From contig NC_087245.1 in the NCBI RefSeq assembly GCF_037042905.1, forward strand, positions 28,832,001 to 28,896,000: 64,000 nt of DNA, written 5' to 3'. Each line of letters begins with the position of its first letter. Position 1 is the first letter of the stretch. The notes under the pieces are model-generated. The model did no database searches and was not told the origin of the DNA. It was given only the letters and a program-made list of their open reading frames with translations. The translations under genes and the position numbers were made by a program. The DNA is from Lytechinus pictus. Lineage: Eukaryota. Positions 1-15,400 of this stretch are shown piece by piece.

Positions 1-654
1 ATTTTCTGAATATTATGTCAAAATCACAAAATTTTATATTTTAATAAAGAAAGTGGAAATTTTTGCTTTGGCTTCACAACTGTTTAATACATTTTACCCG
101 ATCTGCCATATCTAGCTCCTTCAAAATTGACTCAATACACCATTGCCGTTAAAAGACATGAATCCTTTCCTGTTTGTCCTGTCAAGCACATAAACTTGGT
201 GAAGGATTCAATAACACTTTGAAAATAGGATTCATGTCTTTTATAGGTACCATAACATAATTTGTTCACATAATAAAAGGATTTGAATAATTACAAATTC
301 TCCCAATTAATAATGCAAATCTTCTTACTTGGGTTGACAAAAAGTGTTTTCTTCTTACTTTCAAAATTCAAAGTTAAAAGAATTTTAACTGAAAAACAAA
401 ATAATTCAGGTAAATAAATAAATTTGTAAACGAAATTTGACAGCATAATTACAAAATTATGGCAAAGACAATGAAAAGAAAAAGACTCGGAAGTCTGCTG
501 ATTAGCCAAAAGTCTAATCATCATCATTTTTTTAAGTAGTATTTCAGAGATAACATCTCAGAGCATCTATTAACATCAAAATATAGATATAATTATTTGA
601 AACAAATTTTTTTATAGACTTTTCAAAACTGTCCCGTTTTTTTTATACGCACTG
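1..654. mobile_element. Right end of a Tc1/mariner-type MITE, cut off by the window start
   Basis: Ends GTCCCGTTTTTTTTATACGCACTG followed by TA, the same terminus type as the intact element at 28279-29098. The left end is not visible. Confidence 0.45.
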
Positions 655-1509
655 TATATCCAACAAGCTATGAACACGGGTCTGAAAGTAACCGTTTTAT
701 GACATGCTATGTTACAATTGACTATTTCGTATATTCCCTTTGCTCTGCTTTCTTATGTGTTCTCTTAGATGTGTTTTCTTATATCTGTTATTACTTACCT
801 GTATACTCATGTACCCGTATGTAATAGAAATCTAGCATGTATTGAAACAAACATGACAAAGTCTTTTCATTCTCCTCATTATTTAGATCCTTGATCCTTT
901 AATTAACCTTAATTTCTACAACTTGAGAGCCATTCAGATGTAAGCCCACTGGACCTCCATTACTCGGTATTTTTTTCTCTTCATATTCAGTTCAAACATA
1001 GGCTGCATAAACATGAAAATGATACTTACTCTCCTTTGATTGCCCTGTCAGATTTCCTCGTTTCTTTATAAATGTGCAATATGCGTAATGTAGTAGAAAT
1101 AACAATTATGATGATAGCATTAATAGTAATGACAATAGTAGAAGTAGTCAGAGTATCAGTTATAGTGGTAGACAGGACAATTTTAATAATGCATGATAAA
1201 AATATGAATGATAAAAAAATGTTATTAACAATAATGATGATTATATAAAACAACTGAAGGTTGATTACGATTAAATCATATACCTTTATACATGCATATA
1301 ATTGTAACTTTAAGTTAAATCTAGGCTATCATATTGTATTATATATTTTGTGCCGAGATCACTGATGATCGAAAGCTTGACGAATAAGGAGTATACGAAG
1401 CTCCGACCGCCTCATAGCGCTAGCCAATTTATTCCTCTTAATAACATTATATAATCCTTACCAACTATGAGTGACTGACAGTGTTTAGCTCTTGGATAAT
1501 TACTTCCAC

Positions 1510-1646
1510 TATATATATATATATGTGTGTGTGTGTACGTGTGTGTGTGTGTGTATGTGAGAGAGAGAGAGGGTATGTGTGTGCGTGCGTGTGGTTGTGT
1601 GTTGCGTGTACATGTATGTATGTGGGTAGATGGGTGTGTTTGCATG
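1510..1646. repeat. Compound (TA)n/(TG)n/(GA)n microsatellite
   Basis: Directly visible dinucleotide runs. Confidence 0.9.
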
Positions 1647-1795
1647 TGTGGAGCGTTGTGGTCTGGTGATTCTGACTATTGCCTTTGAAACAGGTTAGCG
1701 AGTTCGAATCCCAGCCATGGCGTGATTTCCTTCAGCAAGTAATTGATACACACTGTGCTGCACTCAACCCAGGTGAGGTGAATGGGTACCGGCAG
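1647..1795 (+). mobile_element. tRNA-derived SINE, family 1 (DeuSINE-like core)
   Basis: A-box-like TGGTCTGGTG, B-box GTTCGAATCC, then core TGCTGCACTCAACCCAGGTGAGGTGAATGGGTACC shared with copies near 20910, 36240 and 45720. Confidence 0.75.
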
Positions 1796-2892
1796 TCTTG
1801 CCGCCTTATATAAGGGTACCCTCAGTTTAAAAACATGTATCTAAATAAATACGGTAAAATTTACATAGCAAAACGCTAAAAGATTCATTAAATCTGATAG
1901 TTATTGAATTCCAAATTCAAGAAATATTTTGTAGATACAGCTGTATCCACACCGTCATGAACATTCAATAGGGAGACTAATGTATGTTTCTTATGTTATT
2001 ACATGAAATCCCAATTCTTTTATATTTTCATACATGTGTGAATGATTGGTCTCGCTTGCAACGAAATGGGTTGCAGAAATTATTTTCTTGACATTCAATA
2101 AGATATGAATCATTTTGTATTTATTCTTGGTGGACAAAATTTGAATAAATATAATTTCATATGATAAAGTATGAAATGATGATGGGGGATAAGACATAAT
2201 CCGCTTGTCCTTTACATTTTCATGAAGAAATGTAAATAAGTGTTCCACCAAAATGCAATACTTCAAAATGTCATAACTTTGTTATTCCTTTTCTGATTTT
2301 GATGAACCTTTCAGTGCTTTGTATGATTTTAATTTGTCTGTCAAAGTATTTTGTTTTTAGTCCCGTATAGCATGTATAATTGTTTATTTATTGTAGGCAA
2401 CCTACCAGACAGGACAATCGCTTAAATATTTTGATATCTCAGCACTTGTCGTGAGCATACCCAATTTGCTTGTCAGGCTAATCCCAAAATGATGCGTATT
2501 TTGCTGTTTTTTTTTTGTGCACTCAATTGTTGCTATTGTTGAAATGAGAGATTTGTAAGAGTTTCGATGTGAACGTCGTAGGATGAACTGCACGCAGGAG
2601 ATGTTAGATTTGTATGTTGCATACTGCTTTGTCACTTTCAATTTTAACACTACGATTTCTTATTCAGGCAATCGCCTCGTGGAATTTAGAACGAGGAAGT
2701 AGTCATACCAAGTTACCTCCATGGTCATACCAGCACAGATAAAGAGATGGGAGGTCTATTGTATTTGGACCACTCGATAATTCACAAGTGTAGAATAGGG
2801 AAAGACTATAGAAGAGTCTGATGCTCCTTTATATAGGCCTGCTGGCCTGGCATGTTTTGGTCATGAAAGAGAGAGGGAGAGGGAAGGGGGGA

Positions 2893-2926
<34 letters not shown>

Positions 2927-3398
2927 GGCTATACATTAATAAGATTATTCAAAATGGAAATAATATTATAGATAAGTCAGTAACTAATATTTTTGGTGTA
3001 TTCTGTATTTCAATCTTTAATCACTAACAGATTTATCAAGATTGATACATGTAATCAAACCGTGCCCCTGAACATCTAAGCTGACCACATCGTAATTCGG
3101 GGTGGGGTGGGCGGGAGGATAGTCAAAAACGTTATTGTAACAAAAGTGCAAATTCGCGGCCGGCACGCGTCTTCAAACCACCGAAGCGCGAAATAAACAA
3201 AAGATGGAGACGACAAAGATCCATCTGCCATCAGGTCATCGGAATCTCACAAAAAGCAAGAAGGTACAAACGGAACGATAGCCTATGAATTCGTTACATT
3301 GTCGAAACATAGAAATCTGTCTTGAAAAGACGAAAGCAACTCCGTCGAATTTTCCCAGTGTTGTCATGCTAATTCCAGGACATTATTTATTTCGTGTT

Positions 3399-3443
3399 TG
3401 AACTTTGGGTATAAAGAGTGTTGGGAGCACGAAAGCATCAGTT
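3399..3443 (+). promoter_or_regulatory. Core promoter of gene A: TATA box plus initiator, with an adjacent HNF4-like site
   Basis: TATAAA at 3410-3415 starts 30 nt before the A (3440) of TCAGTT, which is 36 nt before the ATG at 3476. TGAACTTTG (CAAAGTTCA on the minus strand) lies at 3399-3407. Confidence 0.6.
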
Positions 3444-3475
3444 TGCCTTCTTGATTTACAAATTTTCCTGCTACT

Positions 3476-6400
3476 ATGGCTGATGGCATAGGAATGGAGG
3501 CCGATCCTCGCATTAGTGTGCTTGGAATAGAGGTAAGACAGGAACAGCCCTTAAATATTATCTACCACATCACTTTAAATAACCTTATATTGATATGTGT
3601 GACTTTTTTTTTATTATGACTGTATTGGTGATTTGTGCTGATAAAATCCTTGAGCCCTTTACAAAGGGTAGGATATATTTCTTTTCGTAGAATTTACGTG
3701 CGTATCGAAAAGGAAATGCAGATTTTCAGGGCTAATCTTTAAGAGATTATTGAATGTTACATTTCAGATGTACAAGAATATAGTAAAGAAACTCCACGGT
3801 TCTTTTAATTTTGCGTGCGATCCGTTGCGAACGCCACGATCTGCCTTTCGTAACTGATCGCGATTTTTTTTTGAACCGTTAAAAAATCTACGATCAATAC
3901 GATTGTCACGACTGATAATATGATCCGATCTGATCCGAGCATGCACGATTTCTACACGATACAGATCACCGTTTCAATCGTAGCGGAAATCGTGACAATG
4001 CCAGTGGGATGATGGGATGATGGGATGGTAAGGCTGAGATGAACTTTTCACTGATACTTCAGCTGAGTGATTTCTTTGTCAATGGACATGATTACTTTAA
4101 ATTGACCTTTTGTAGGCTATTCTAAATGAATACAAGCCAAAAAAAGTTGCAGTTCCGCAATGACTGATCAGTGTCCATAATGCACCCATTTACCCCAAAA
4201 TGGGGGATGGGTTGGATTCTGCATCTTTTGTCTTTCAAATCGATTCATTCACATGATTCAGTCATGAATGAAAAAAAAAATAATGGTGCAAGCCTGCGCG
4301 GTACAAGGTATCAATAAAAACAGAATACTTTTTTTTACTATCTTACTGTTGGACAATATCCAGTACTATTAAAAGTATGAAAGGGCAAATGCCATCAAAT
4401 GGGACAGATATGATCCCTTCCCCCACTCGCCCAGAATAGTTACTGCCATATTTGTGTATGCGATATATTTTTTCTGTGGAAATTCACCCGGTTTCTTACA
4501 TGAGGTCACCTGGCAATGACCATTTCTGAAATCTAATCAGTATATTATTTACTCATCAGGCTGAGACCGGTGAATCGGGAGATATTCAAGAGCCACTCCA
4601 TCGTCCCCCACCAACCATTGACGATATTGAAATACCACCACCACCCCCTCCAGAAGAAGATGTTGTCCCACCACCACCAGAGGAACAAACACACCCTCCA
4701 CCAGTATCTGGGGATCAGCCACTCCCTCCACCAGTATGTGGGGAACAGGCACCCCCTTCACCAATACGTGGGGAACAGGCACCCCCTCCACTACTCTCAG
4801 AAGACACACCAGCTAAGATACCCCCAGAGGAGGACACACCCCTTCCACCACCCATCAATGAGGACACACCCTCTGGCATACCCCCTCAGATGGAGTCTAC
4901 TCCCGCCTTAACATGCGGTGACCATGGTGACTTGGAACCCATTGAAGGTATCTGCAAAAAAAAACACACACAGACAAATAACCAAACCAAGAAAAAAACC
5001 TCTCTATCAATTTCAAGGAAAATGAAACCCTTGGATTCAGCTTAATTCATATAAGAGAAAAATAACAAATCAATGAAAGTTTGAGGAAGATTGAATAATA
5101 ACAAAGTTATGAGCATATGGATATTGAAATCACTAATGTTATTTAGATCCTCATCCTGGCAATGCGATCAGGACACACGTACAACTTCCCAATTACTTTC
5201 GTATAGTCTATCGCTAGATCAAATGTTCTTTTTTATGATAAGACATGTAAGAAAGGTTTCAAAACATATCATGGATACATTGTTTGTCCTTTTATAAGAA
5301 TGAGCAAAAAAAAAACCCATTATGAATTACATTTTTCATCCCAGTGTCCAAAGGGGAGAGCTGCGCCACATCTAAGATATCAAAGATCTTGGTCGCATTG
5401 CCAATAGGAGGATCTTCATAGCATTAGTAATCTCGGCATTCCAGTGCTCATAATTTCTTGTTACTTGTCCAATCTTACTCAATTCTCCGATTTTTCTGAT
5501 TTCACACAAGCTAACTTGCTCCAAGGGTTTAATCATGGAACTATATAGCTCCATGCTTTAATTGTCATTTTTAAAACTAGAACAAAATGCATTTTCCGTG
5601 CAGACTTCATCTCTGTTAATGTTTTGGGTTGATATGTACCATTATTTTGCAGTGTAATGTTTACCTTGATCCTAATTAGGCTGACCTAATAACACGGTCA
5701 TCAAAGATGCAGCGCGAATTCATATAAACTGATAAGGCAAATAGTTCAGTAAAAACAATGAGAAATGATTGTCTTGGTCATTTTTATTCATTTATTTTTA
5801 TATATTAATTTTAATTTATTCCTTCGACAATTTCAGATAAACTTTTGGTTTTGCTTAGCTGAAAATGACTGATCTGAGACTTTTACTATGGTTACATTCG
5901 GAGAAGAACAACTTGCAATTTGTTACGGCTTTCATGAAACATTTCCCTGGTCGCTATATAAATCATGAATACTTTTTAGGCTTCTTCAATCTCCCCAAAA
6001 CCGATATCCTATTTAAAACTAATTTTAGAATCGTCTTTGTTGACTCATAGTTGATGAAGTCCCTGTAGCACCTGAAGACCAACCGGTCACGGGTCCCCAA
6101 GATCTTTCAGAGGTTCACGAGGAAGGGGTAGACCAGTACCCTCCTACCATTGACTGTGGATCACCTCTTCCTCCATACAATGACAGTGGCGTAGATGTTC
6201 CCTCTATGTCTACTGCTGATGCATCGGTGCTGGAAGGGAAGGAACTTCACAGCGAAATTGATGAAATCCAAATAGAAGGTATGTGGCTCTCGCAACTGCG
6301 GAGGAAACGGGTACAAAGATTTAGAGTTATAGAAGTAACATTAACACATTCTGAAATGCATTTTTACTTCATTTTTTAGAAAGTGACATGACCTGAGATT

Positions 6401-9400
6401 AACTATCCATGTATTTTAAATTATGTAGGCCCAAGTCCTCAGAGAAGAGCGATGACCCATTTTATTAACCCTTAAGAGCTAAGGTAAGGACTCAATCATG
6501 TCAATTTTATGAATTGCATTACTTGCGTTACAAACACTTGAGATGGGAATGAAAAAAAAAGACCGTTAGAGCCGAATTTCCTTTGAGAGGAAAATCTTAA
6601 TGCATATATATTTTTTTCATTTTCTCCTGCAGTTCCTGATGATACCTCCAATGGTATACACAACGCCAGCACACTCCCGTCCAAACGATCAATGGGAACC
6701 ACCACACCGACCGCCAACCAGCACTCGAAGCTTACCGGCTACATCGAGATGTCTCCAGAGGAAACCAAAGCAGAGATGACCAGGGTGTCAACGTATCGAA
6801 GGGAAGCCGTGATGTGGGTCACCATCTTCCTTATGCTGGCGGGAGCTATTGCCGTCATCTTCTACTTCACCTTCAACATCGTAAATCTTTCTGATGGTAA
6901 GATTGGTATTTTGGAGTTTTGATTGATTCCTTCTCCAAGATATTCAGGATCTGTTAGGAAACATCAAGTGGGTGCTATTGTTCCTGTCAAGGATCTGTGA
7001 GAACACCCGACCCAATTGTATGCTCCTTCTTGAAACGCGGAAACGCTTCTGCGCGCTACCTTAATAGTGGATTTCATGACATTTTATTCAGAAAAAACGG
7101 CATTGAGTCTGCCCATAGACACTGGCAGGCTGGATCCGTGAATATATATATAATATGCAGTATAGACAAATTCCACCACTAGTTAATATATTTGACCCTC
7201 TTTCCATGCTATCGGCGAAACAAGCTGCTGTGGTCATAGCGGTGGGCGAACGCGCTGAACGCGATTGGATCTGTATACAAAATCAATAAAAGATTTAAGA
7301 TTTGCCCTGATGGTGTGTCATTAAAAAAATTATAGAAATCAAGAAAAATAAAGCGTAGACACCTGGGCTTATTGCATAAGATGTCATATCTGACAGATGA
7401 AGGTATAAAGTATTTTTGGAATTTCGTTTCATTTTCCCATTAATTTGTCATAGAAAGTGCAAGAGTTAATGATGACCAAAAATCGCAATCGATTTTTAGC
7501 CGCTTGCTAACTTGACTGAACAGTACACGTTTTCATTCATGAATTTGTGCGTCTAATAAGAATGTAACAGCAATTAATCTATTTTGCTACATACCACACT
7601 ATCTTTCTTGACTTTAAAGTAGATTTTACACACTGGTGACAACTTCCTTTCCACCCGTGCCCCTCTACTACTACTACTTGATTTATAACATGATACCAAA
7701 TTCGAAAAAGGGCGATTCTGGAACTAAATCTTGGTTTTAAAAATGGGGGCTCCGAATCAACGATTGCTAAATATGCAATGCTCTGGAACTGACATCAAAA
7801 TGGGGGTCCCCGGAACTTATGACTCCGCGTCGATCGAGCTCGCCCCGACTGGCTTAGTATGATGGGCGCGCACTGGAACGAGAAGCCACAAATTTGAGGG
7901 TCTCTGGAACGGGGAAAATAGGAATTTCTATGGATTTCTAAATTTAGAATGAAAATGAGGGTCTCGACCGCGGCACCTAATGAATCCTACATCTATACAA
8001 AGAATACAAAGTAGCCCCCCCCCCCCTGCCTTTCCATTCATCAGCTCACGGTCAGCCAAGGGCTACGATGCGACTTCCCATGCGGAAAGGCTTCATATTA
8101 AGTAATAGCTTCCAATTTTTAAGCTTCAATTGTTGTGGCAATTGAACACATCATATAAGTATGCGACCTGCATATCTCCAATGGAACGAAATGAATATAC
8201 TCAATTGACATCAGTTCTACCAAAGTTGTAGTGTCAACCGCAGAGTAGAATATATTCACAATGTGTAGTATGAGCCATCCAAAATAATTTTTCTTTTTAC
8301 CTCGTTGTTTAATCCGGTCACTCTAACAACTATTGTTTAAAGTTTTAAACTATTTGTTTTAAAAAGATTGATCAATTTCAAAAAGTTAAAACTACCTGTT
8401 AGAGTGGCGGGCTAATACAACCTGCTTAAGATTTTAAACGCTTTTGCAGTGTCAGGATGATACATAGGTAAGGAGACTGAGATACGGGTAAGATGATGAG
8501 ATGATGAATGACAGTATGTGCAACAGCGTTACCATGGTTACCAACAATATCGAAAGAAGAGTAACAGCCACAAAATAACGTGAATATTAATCTCAATCTT
8601 GAGATAGCCGTTTGCGTACAAGTATGTTATCTTGATATCCTAAGGGAATCAAACCAATATCACCACAGAAAAAATACCCCGAAAACGTTTAGATTCTACG
8701 CAAAATGTAATAAGCTGACAATGTGTCTTGTGTGAGATTCGTACTTTATTTTTGTGTAATTGTTAATCAGTATAGTACTTTTATCGAACAAAATAATTAT
8801 AAATGTAAATACGTTGTTCTAATATTATTTCACATTTTTTCATTTTATTTTCACAGCTTCACTTCCAGGTAAGAAATAATTCGTAATTAAATTCATATGA
8901 TTTTTGCCACTATTTTAAGCTTTCAGACCGCTTTTGATCATGCTTCAATGTTCATAAGCTCATATTCATCCAATTCTCAGTTGCATGTACAACATTAGCA
9001 AAAAAAAAATTTGAACTTAATCAAACTTTATAATGTAGTTTTCAAAAAAAGTCATTAGGCTATTATTTTCACAACAACGTCCTTCACATGAATCTCGAAC
9101 TGATAACATTCTCTTTCTCTTTCTCTCTCTCACACACACACACACGCGCGCGCACGCACCGGCACACTCATCCGTAATAAGAACACGCCATTCGAACATA
9201 AACATCCATTTTCAAATATTTCCCTCCTTTTTTAATTACTGAAATAAAATAGATATACACAGAGTGACGTACAGATGGGGGCTTTACCTCCCCCTCCTAA
9301 ATAAAAATGATTCATAATCAAGAAAAAAAAAGAGAAATGGAAAGAAAGGGAATATATCATTTTCTGAAAACTATCACAAAATTTGATTCTTGTGATAATT

Positions 9401-12400
9401 GTTTTTGTTCGCTCGCTCGCAACTTTCTATAAAATTTGCCCGATACGCCTATCTTGCCCCTTCATTTTTGTTTGGCTCATTACGCCACTGGATATACAGT
9501 ATTCAAAATAAAATAACTTTTGCTCCTTTCTGTTTTCCTTTGTAATAATACGCATGTAGACTGAGTTTCAGATATGATAACCCTTATAATTCAAATGAAT
9601 GAAATTATAAAGCAAGAGTTTTCAGGTCAAGCATGTTCCTGTGACCCTGTCACTACCTTCTGTATTATTTTCTTCAATTTGATAACACTGGGGCTGCTGA
9701 GTGAGTAGATATTTAAACATTTATTGCTAGTAGCGTTGAATATAAACACATGGCCCTACGCAGAAATATTTTCCGGGGGGGGGGGGGCAAGACGAATTAA
9801 CATTTTAGAAGAAACTCAAAAGCGAAGGAGCTAAGCGACCGAGCTTGACATGGGGGCGCTTTTGCATTTATGAATAAAAGTGAAATTGAAGTATTCATAC
9901 ACACTTTTAGTGGTTCAAGTTATATTGTGCAATTTTTCAGTTTAAAAATGTTAGTATTCAAACTTTGTGGGGGGGGGGCGGTAGGCAACTGCCACCTACC
10001 CACAGCCCCACCCCCCCCCCCCTCCGACTGCGTAAGGCCGTGTGAGAACGTCTGCCACAGACTGGTAGATTGGTGTCGCTCCATCAACATTTGCCAAATA
10101 GTTCAATGTCTCAAAGCATTGGCACCGCATCATTGTAGGTAGACATCTAGAAATACCATCAAGATACATGTTTGGTGAAAATGTGAATAATCATAGACCT
10201 TTCAGCACAGGGGAGAAGGGCGGCCAGGGTTGTAATAAAAACGTTTTTTATAAAAATAAAAAAAAAACAAATAAAACGGTTTTTATTGTTTTAAAACGTT
10301 TTTTTTCAACGAATGATGCAATTTTCTGTAAATTAATGAAACTAACTGACACTAAATACAGTATGATTTAAGCTTTTGATGTTTTAAATAAGAGATGACC
10401 GCTATTTTGTTAATGAATTTCCAACAGAAAAGTTCATATTTCCCCCCAAATTACTAAATCATGGAAATTGAATGCCTACAAAAAAAAGAACACTTAGTAA
10501 GTTGACATTTTATTTCTACTACATGTAGTCCCAAGGTATATTGAGTCTTGTCAATGGGGGGGGGGGGGGGGGGGAGAAGAATTCACACAATGGAAGAAAT
10601 TGACGTACATGGGGTTCCAAAGCTTAATTTCATTACCGGTAAATCAATATGCTTTATTTCATTTGAATCAACTATACAAATTTTAGTGCATGAAATACAA
10701 ACTCAATTCTAATCTATAAATAAAGCCCTTGACTTACTTATCTTTTTAATTCAGGAATTCTGATCAAATGTAAAAGTATTAAAAAAAATCAGTAAGCCTA
10801 TAGAATGTTTTTTAACCCTAATGAGATGTGGGGGCTGATTTAGCCCCCCCCCCCTCGAAATTTTTCGCGATAAATCCACTGCGCAAATTTTTTCTAATGC
10901 GTCACTCACAGACTTTCCTTTTTTTAGTCTAACGCAACTAATGAGACCAAAATCGCGACCCCCTAGTATGCGGTTCCGAAATCACGCAACATTTTGTAAG
11001 TGCATGCAGACCAAAAATTGCTCAAAAACGTCAATTCGTGTACAAATCCAATGCAAATACTGTTTTTAGCCAAAATTCATAAATGTGTCATTATTTTTCC
11101 TTTTACCGATTAAAACAATTAATTTCACCTTGTTTATGGTCAAAATATATTCCCTATTTCCTATTTTTAGTTTATGCATTGGGTAATGCGCGTGCCAATT
11201 TTAAAACACACCGTTTAAAACGCGCCAACCCTGGAAGGGCCTACTTGATAACCAAAAATCATTTTCTGTGATTTGGTCCATATTAAACAGCTACTATCTT
11301 GGCCATCAACGTTGTATACCTCTTGATTTTGTACACATGCAATAAGCTGACAAAGTGACAAATCATTTGATTGGAGTGCGCCCTGGCTGTATAGGGAAGA
11401 ATACTACTTAGATTCCCTTGGGCAGTCATCAGCAGATGTTTCTCCTGTGGGTCTGCTCGATCTCGGGGCACCCACAGAGCCAAGTCCTGGTACGGCTGAA
11501 AGAGGTTATTGGCGACGCGAAACTCGTGTGTATTCACGCTGTCTTCTGTGATTAAGGGAGAGTTGGTGACAATGAAGATCTCCATACCATCCTGCTCTCC
11601 AAGCGCGTCTGGGGTGATGTCAAACTGGTAGATGGTCAACGAAGGGCTGGTTCCTTTGGGCGTGGTGATATACCACTTGGTGACAGCATAATTGCTTTGG
11701 CGAAGTTCACAACTAGTCGAGTAGACCCGTTGATACGGTCCGAGATAAAACTTGTCTAGGACCGTCTTATTCACAACAGCTTCATTAATCCCATGTAAAG
11801 ACATTGGTGGTAACGATTCATCATCGGACGCGTAGTAAACATCATATTCTGGCAATAAAAAAAATGTTTCTGAAAACATGGATAACGGTCCTTTACTGCG
11901 TTACTTTGTTTTTATTACAGGTAATATGCATGGCTAAGTAGGCCTGTATTATTCTAGTGTGTCATGCTTAAGTATTCATACTCATTTTTTCATGCGATGG
12001 AGAATTAGAGTGGATTCAGATTTCATTTTAGTGGTTCTAATTGTTGGTTCTATAAATTTCATTTATTGGTTTCTGCAACACTTTTCATAAACACATTAAC
12101 AAAGAAAATACAATGATAATATACGTATAACTGACAAGCAAAACATTGAACAAATTTGCATATTCTATTAATTATTCGATTTTTAAAAGGTTGCAGTGTT
12201 TGCCACTATAAGCTAAGCTTGACTGCGTGGCAACCCCAGTGACTGCGTGGCAACCCCAAGAAAAGGTGTAATTTGCACATTTCAAAAGCAACACTCGGAG
12301 CTCTTCCAGGAGGGCCATCTTTGCGCAGTGATTAGCTTTCAACACCGCCATAAAGGGCGGAGTTAGCTACTTTTATTTACCCCTTTAGGGATAGGTCACC

Positions 12401-15400
12401 CTTTGAAAGCTAAATCAAAGGAGAAATCGGCATGCACCCTAACACATGCGAAGCTGCTCTTCTTATGGCGAAAACGATTATTTCAAGGTGCAACCAAAAA
12501 CGACAAGTATTTGCTTTCATCTTTATTTTTCATCACAGTACAGTACAGCACCCCACCCCACCCAACTACCTGTATATATAGGGTGCAAACGTGTACTTCT
12601 TTTTATTACTGTGTTTGGGATGTCCTAAATGTTTACTATACTTTGGTGCAAGTTTGAAAATTGTTTTTCACCTACATAATTTTCAAGAATAGAATTTTCT
12701 TGGGATGAACCTCGGGAGGCGGCTCATAAGAAATACTGCACTGAACGTGGCCAGTAACAATAAGTTGCTAATTCAACTGAGTATATGCAGTTCAAATTTA
12801 TATTCAAAGACGATCCATCACGAAAGGATGAACATTTTTGTAAGCTTTTAATAAAATACCAACACCATTCCCACAATTTACAAGACATACCTTCTTCGCA
12901 GAACTCCCCAAAGTAGCAGGGATCGCAAAGACAATAGAACCTTATTGTTGGATCATCATGACAAGTTCCTCCGTTGACACACGGATTCAAATGGCACATC
13001 GATCCTGTATAAGGGATTGTAAAAGAAAAGCCCATTATTCAGAGACCCGAGTTCCGTTTTAGAGTTATGATTGATTCAATCAACTTCAACTATGTGGAAA
13101 TCCATCAGTTTCTTATTTTTTCCTACTGGAAATTTGCACAAACAGTAACTTTGATCTATTCTAATAATAATAATACTTACTGAAAAGCTGGCAAGTGTTT
13201 CCTACGTAGTTTTCCAAACAGTCACAAGTAAATCCGCCAAGACTCTCTCTGCAGCTTCCTCCGTTTAAACACGGCGGGGAAAGGCATGCTGAAAATGAAA
13301 TAAAATGCTAATAGTAATAACAATGATAGATTGCATTTCATCGATTTGCTTCTTTAACGACGCACTACATATCACCCTTGATTTTGCTCAAAATATTCTT
13401 GAAAGGATTCCTTAAGTCTAAATGAAAGAAGAAAGACGTAATCCACGAACTTCGGTAATTAGACGGGAAGTTCACCCTGACGTAATGTTTGCTGTAGAAA
13501 TACCAGAGAAAAAATAATGAAATATATTGATGAGGTTTGAGAAAAATCCATTAAATGATAAGAAAGTTATCTGAATTTTATTATTTTTATCATGTTTATT
13601 TGTTACGTCAAATATACGAGCAGCTGTCCCATATCTTATGCAATATAAAATGCACAAATTTCAATTTTTAAATGCTCCATGATGACTAAAAATTTTCTTT
13701 CAGGATCGGGTTTGAAATAATTTGTCGGTTGAAGGTACAATTAAACACATTTTCATTTTTTTTTGAAAATGTGATTTTATTTTCTTTTCTTTTTAATCAC
13801 GATCCATGGGAAGCTGCTCGCGCATGACACAACAAATAAAAAAATCTAGAAATTCTTTAAATCTTGGATAGATTTTTCTTGAACCGTTAGCGCTAATTGC
13901 CATTTTTTGTTAAACCTACAATATTTTTTTTTTCATTTTTAACTTTCCAGTTAAAGTGAATAAGGCTATTTTTGTCTTTATTCATTGATCGGGTCGAGGA
14001 AAGGTCACGAATTCCAAACTTAGTGAAAGAAAGCACTTATTGTGTTGGTGGGATGTTCACCACGTTCATCATAAATATTTCAATTGTACAACTACAAATT
14101 AAATACTTGGTAAGTTTATTTCGTCATCAATATCTCTTATTGGGGGAGTATAATTATGGAATAGTACAGTGGGAACTAGTAGGCGCTCCACGAATAAGGT
14201 CAGTGCCGTACTGTGCCGTCAGTGCCGTACTCCCCGCATGGGGGGGGGCACCAGCAAACAAAATTGAGTCACTTAGTAGGCGCGCGAAGCGCGCCCAAAG
14301 GCCAGGTATACTGACCCAATAGAGATATTTTAAGGGCTGTGTCATTAAAAGGATATGTATCTCACTAATCAAATAACGCGAGCGCCAAGCGCGGGCTGAA
14401 AACTTCTGATATTCCGACCTAAAAAATAGACATTATTAGCAATTTTTTTTGTAATTACACGTACCTGTCTCACTAAACAAACAATACAAGGGCGAAGCGA
14501 GACCTAAAATTGTTTGCATATATTGACCCCAACCATGGAAATTTTAAGGGCATAGTCATCTAATGCGAGCGCCAAGCGCGTGCAGATTTTTTTTAAATAT
14601 TACAGCTAAACACATTAATGACTTTTTGTTATCATTGTTATCATGAATATGATACGTATCTCACTAATCAAATATAGCGACAGGGAAGCGCGAGCTGAAA
14701 TTTTTTGATATTCAGACCAGAAGAAAGGGACATTTTAAGGACTGTTTTTGAAATTCATGAAGAGCAGACATAGTTCCCCAATCCACCAATGCGAACGTAA
14801 ACACGGACTGGAAATGTTTTATATTCAGACCTTACAGGGGAAATCGCTTTAAGTAGTCATCAAAAGTTGTTACTACATAAATTAATAGAAGCTCGCAGTG
14901 CAAGGAAATATATTTGGTTGTATGTTGACTGGAAAACAGGATTATTAGAACCATTATACCTCCTTGCACAGGATTATTTTTCTCATTAAACAGACAATAT
15001 GCAAGCACCAGGAGTGATACACCCATAGGCCTACGCAAAATATGTTTCAGAAAGTTATGAATAAATATATTTTATGTAATATATTCTCGTATAATATAAT
15101 TTCTTATTCCCCACTGTTTCTCTTTCTTCCTCCCTCTTTTCTCCTTTCCCCCGTTTTTTTTGCCTGCCGATGGGGAGTGCCCCCCCCCCCGTAGTTACCG
15201 CACTAAATAAGGTACCCATGCCCCCCTCCCCCTGCCTTGGAAAATGGGCATTTGACACTCACCTGGAATCGTGCAATGTAGACCTATAGCTCCATTTGTA
15301 TGCGGGGACCCCAATATGCGCCCATCGTAATTTGTCAAGTATTTCAACACCAACCGGATAGTGTCTCCGCTGGGGTTTTGTAGCAATGGGCACGTCAGCT

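Noticed and set aside
4570..4911. His-rich 113-aa ORF
   Set aside because: Alternative frame of gene A exon 2; splice phases select the Pro/Glu frame.
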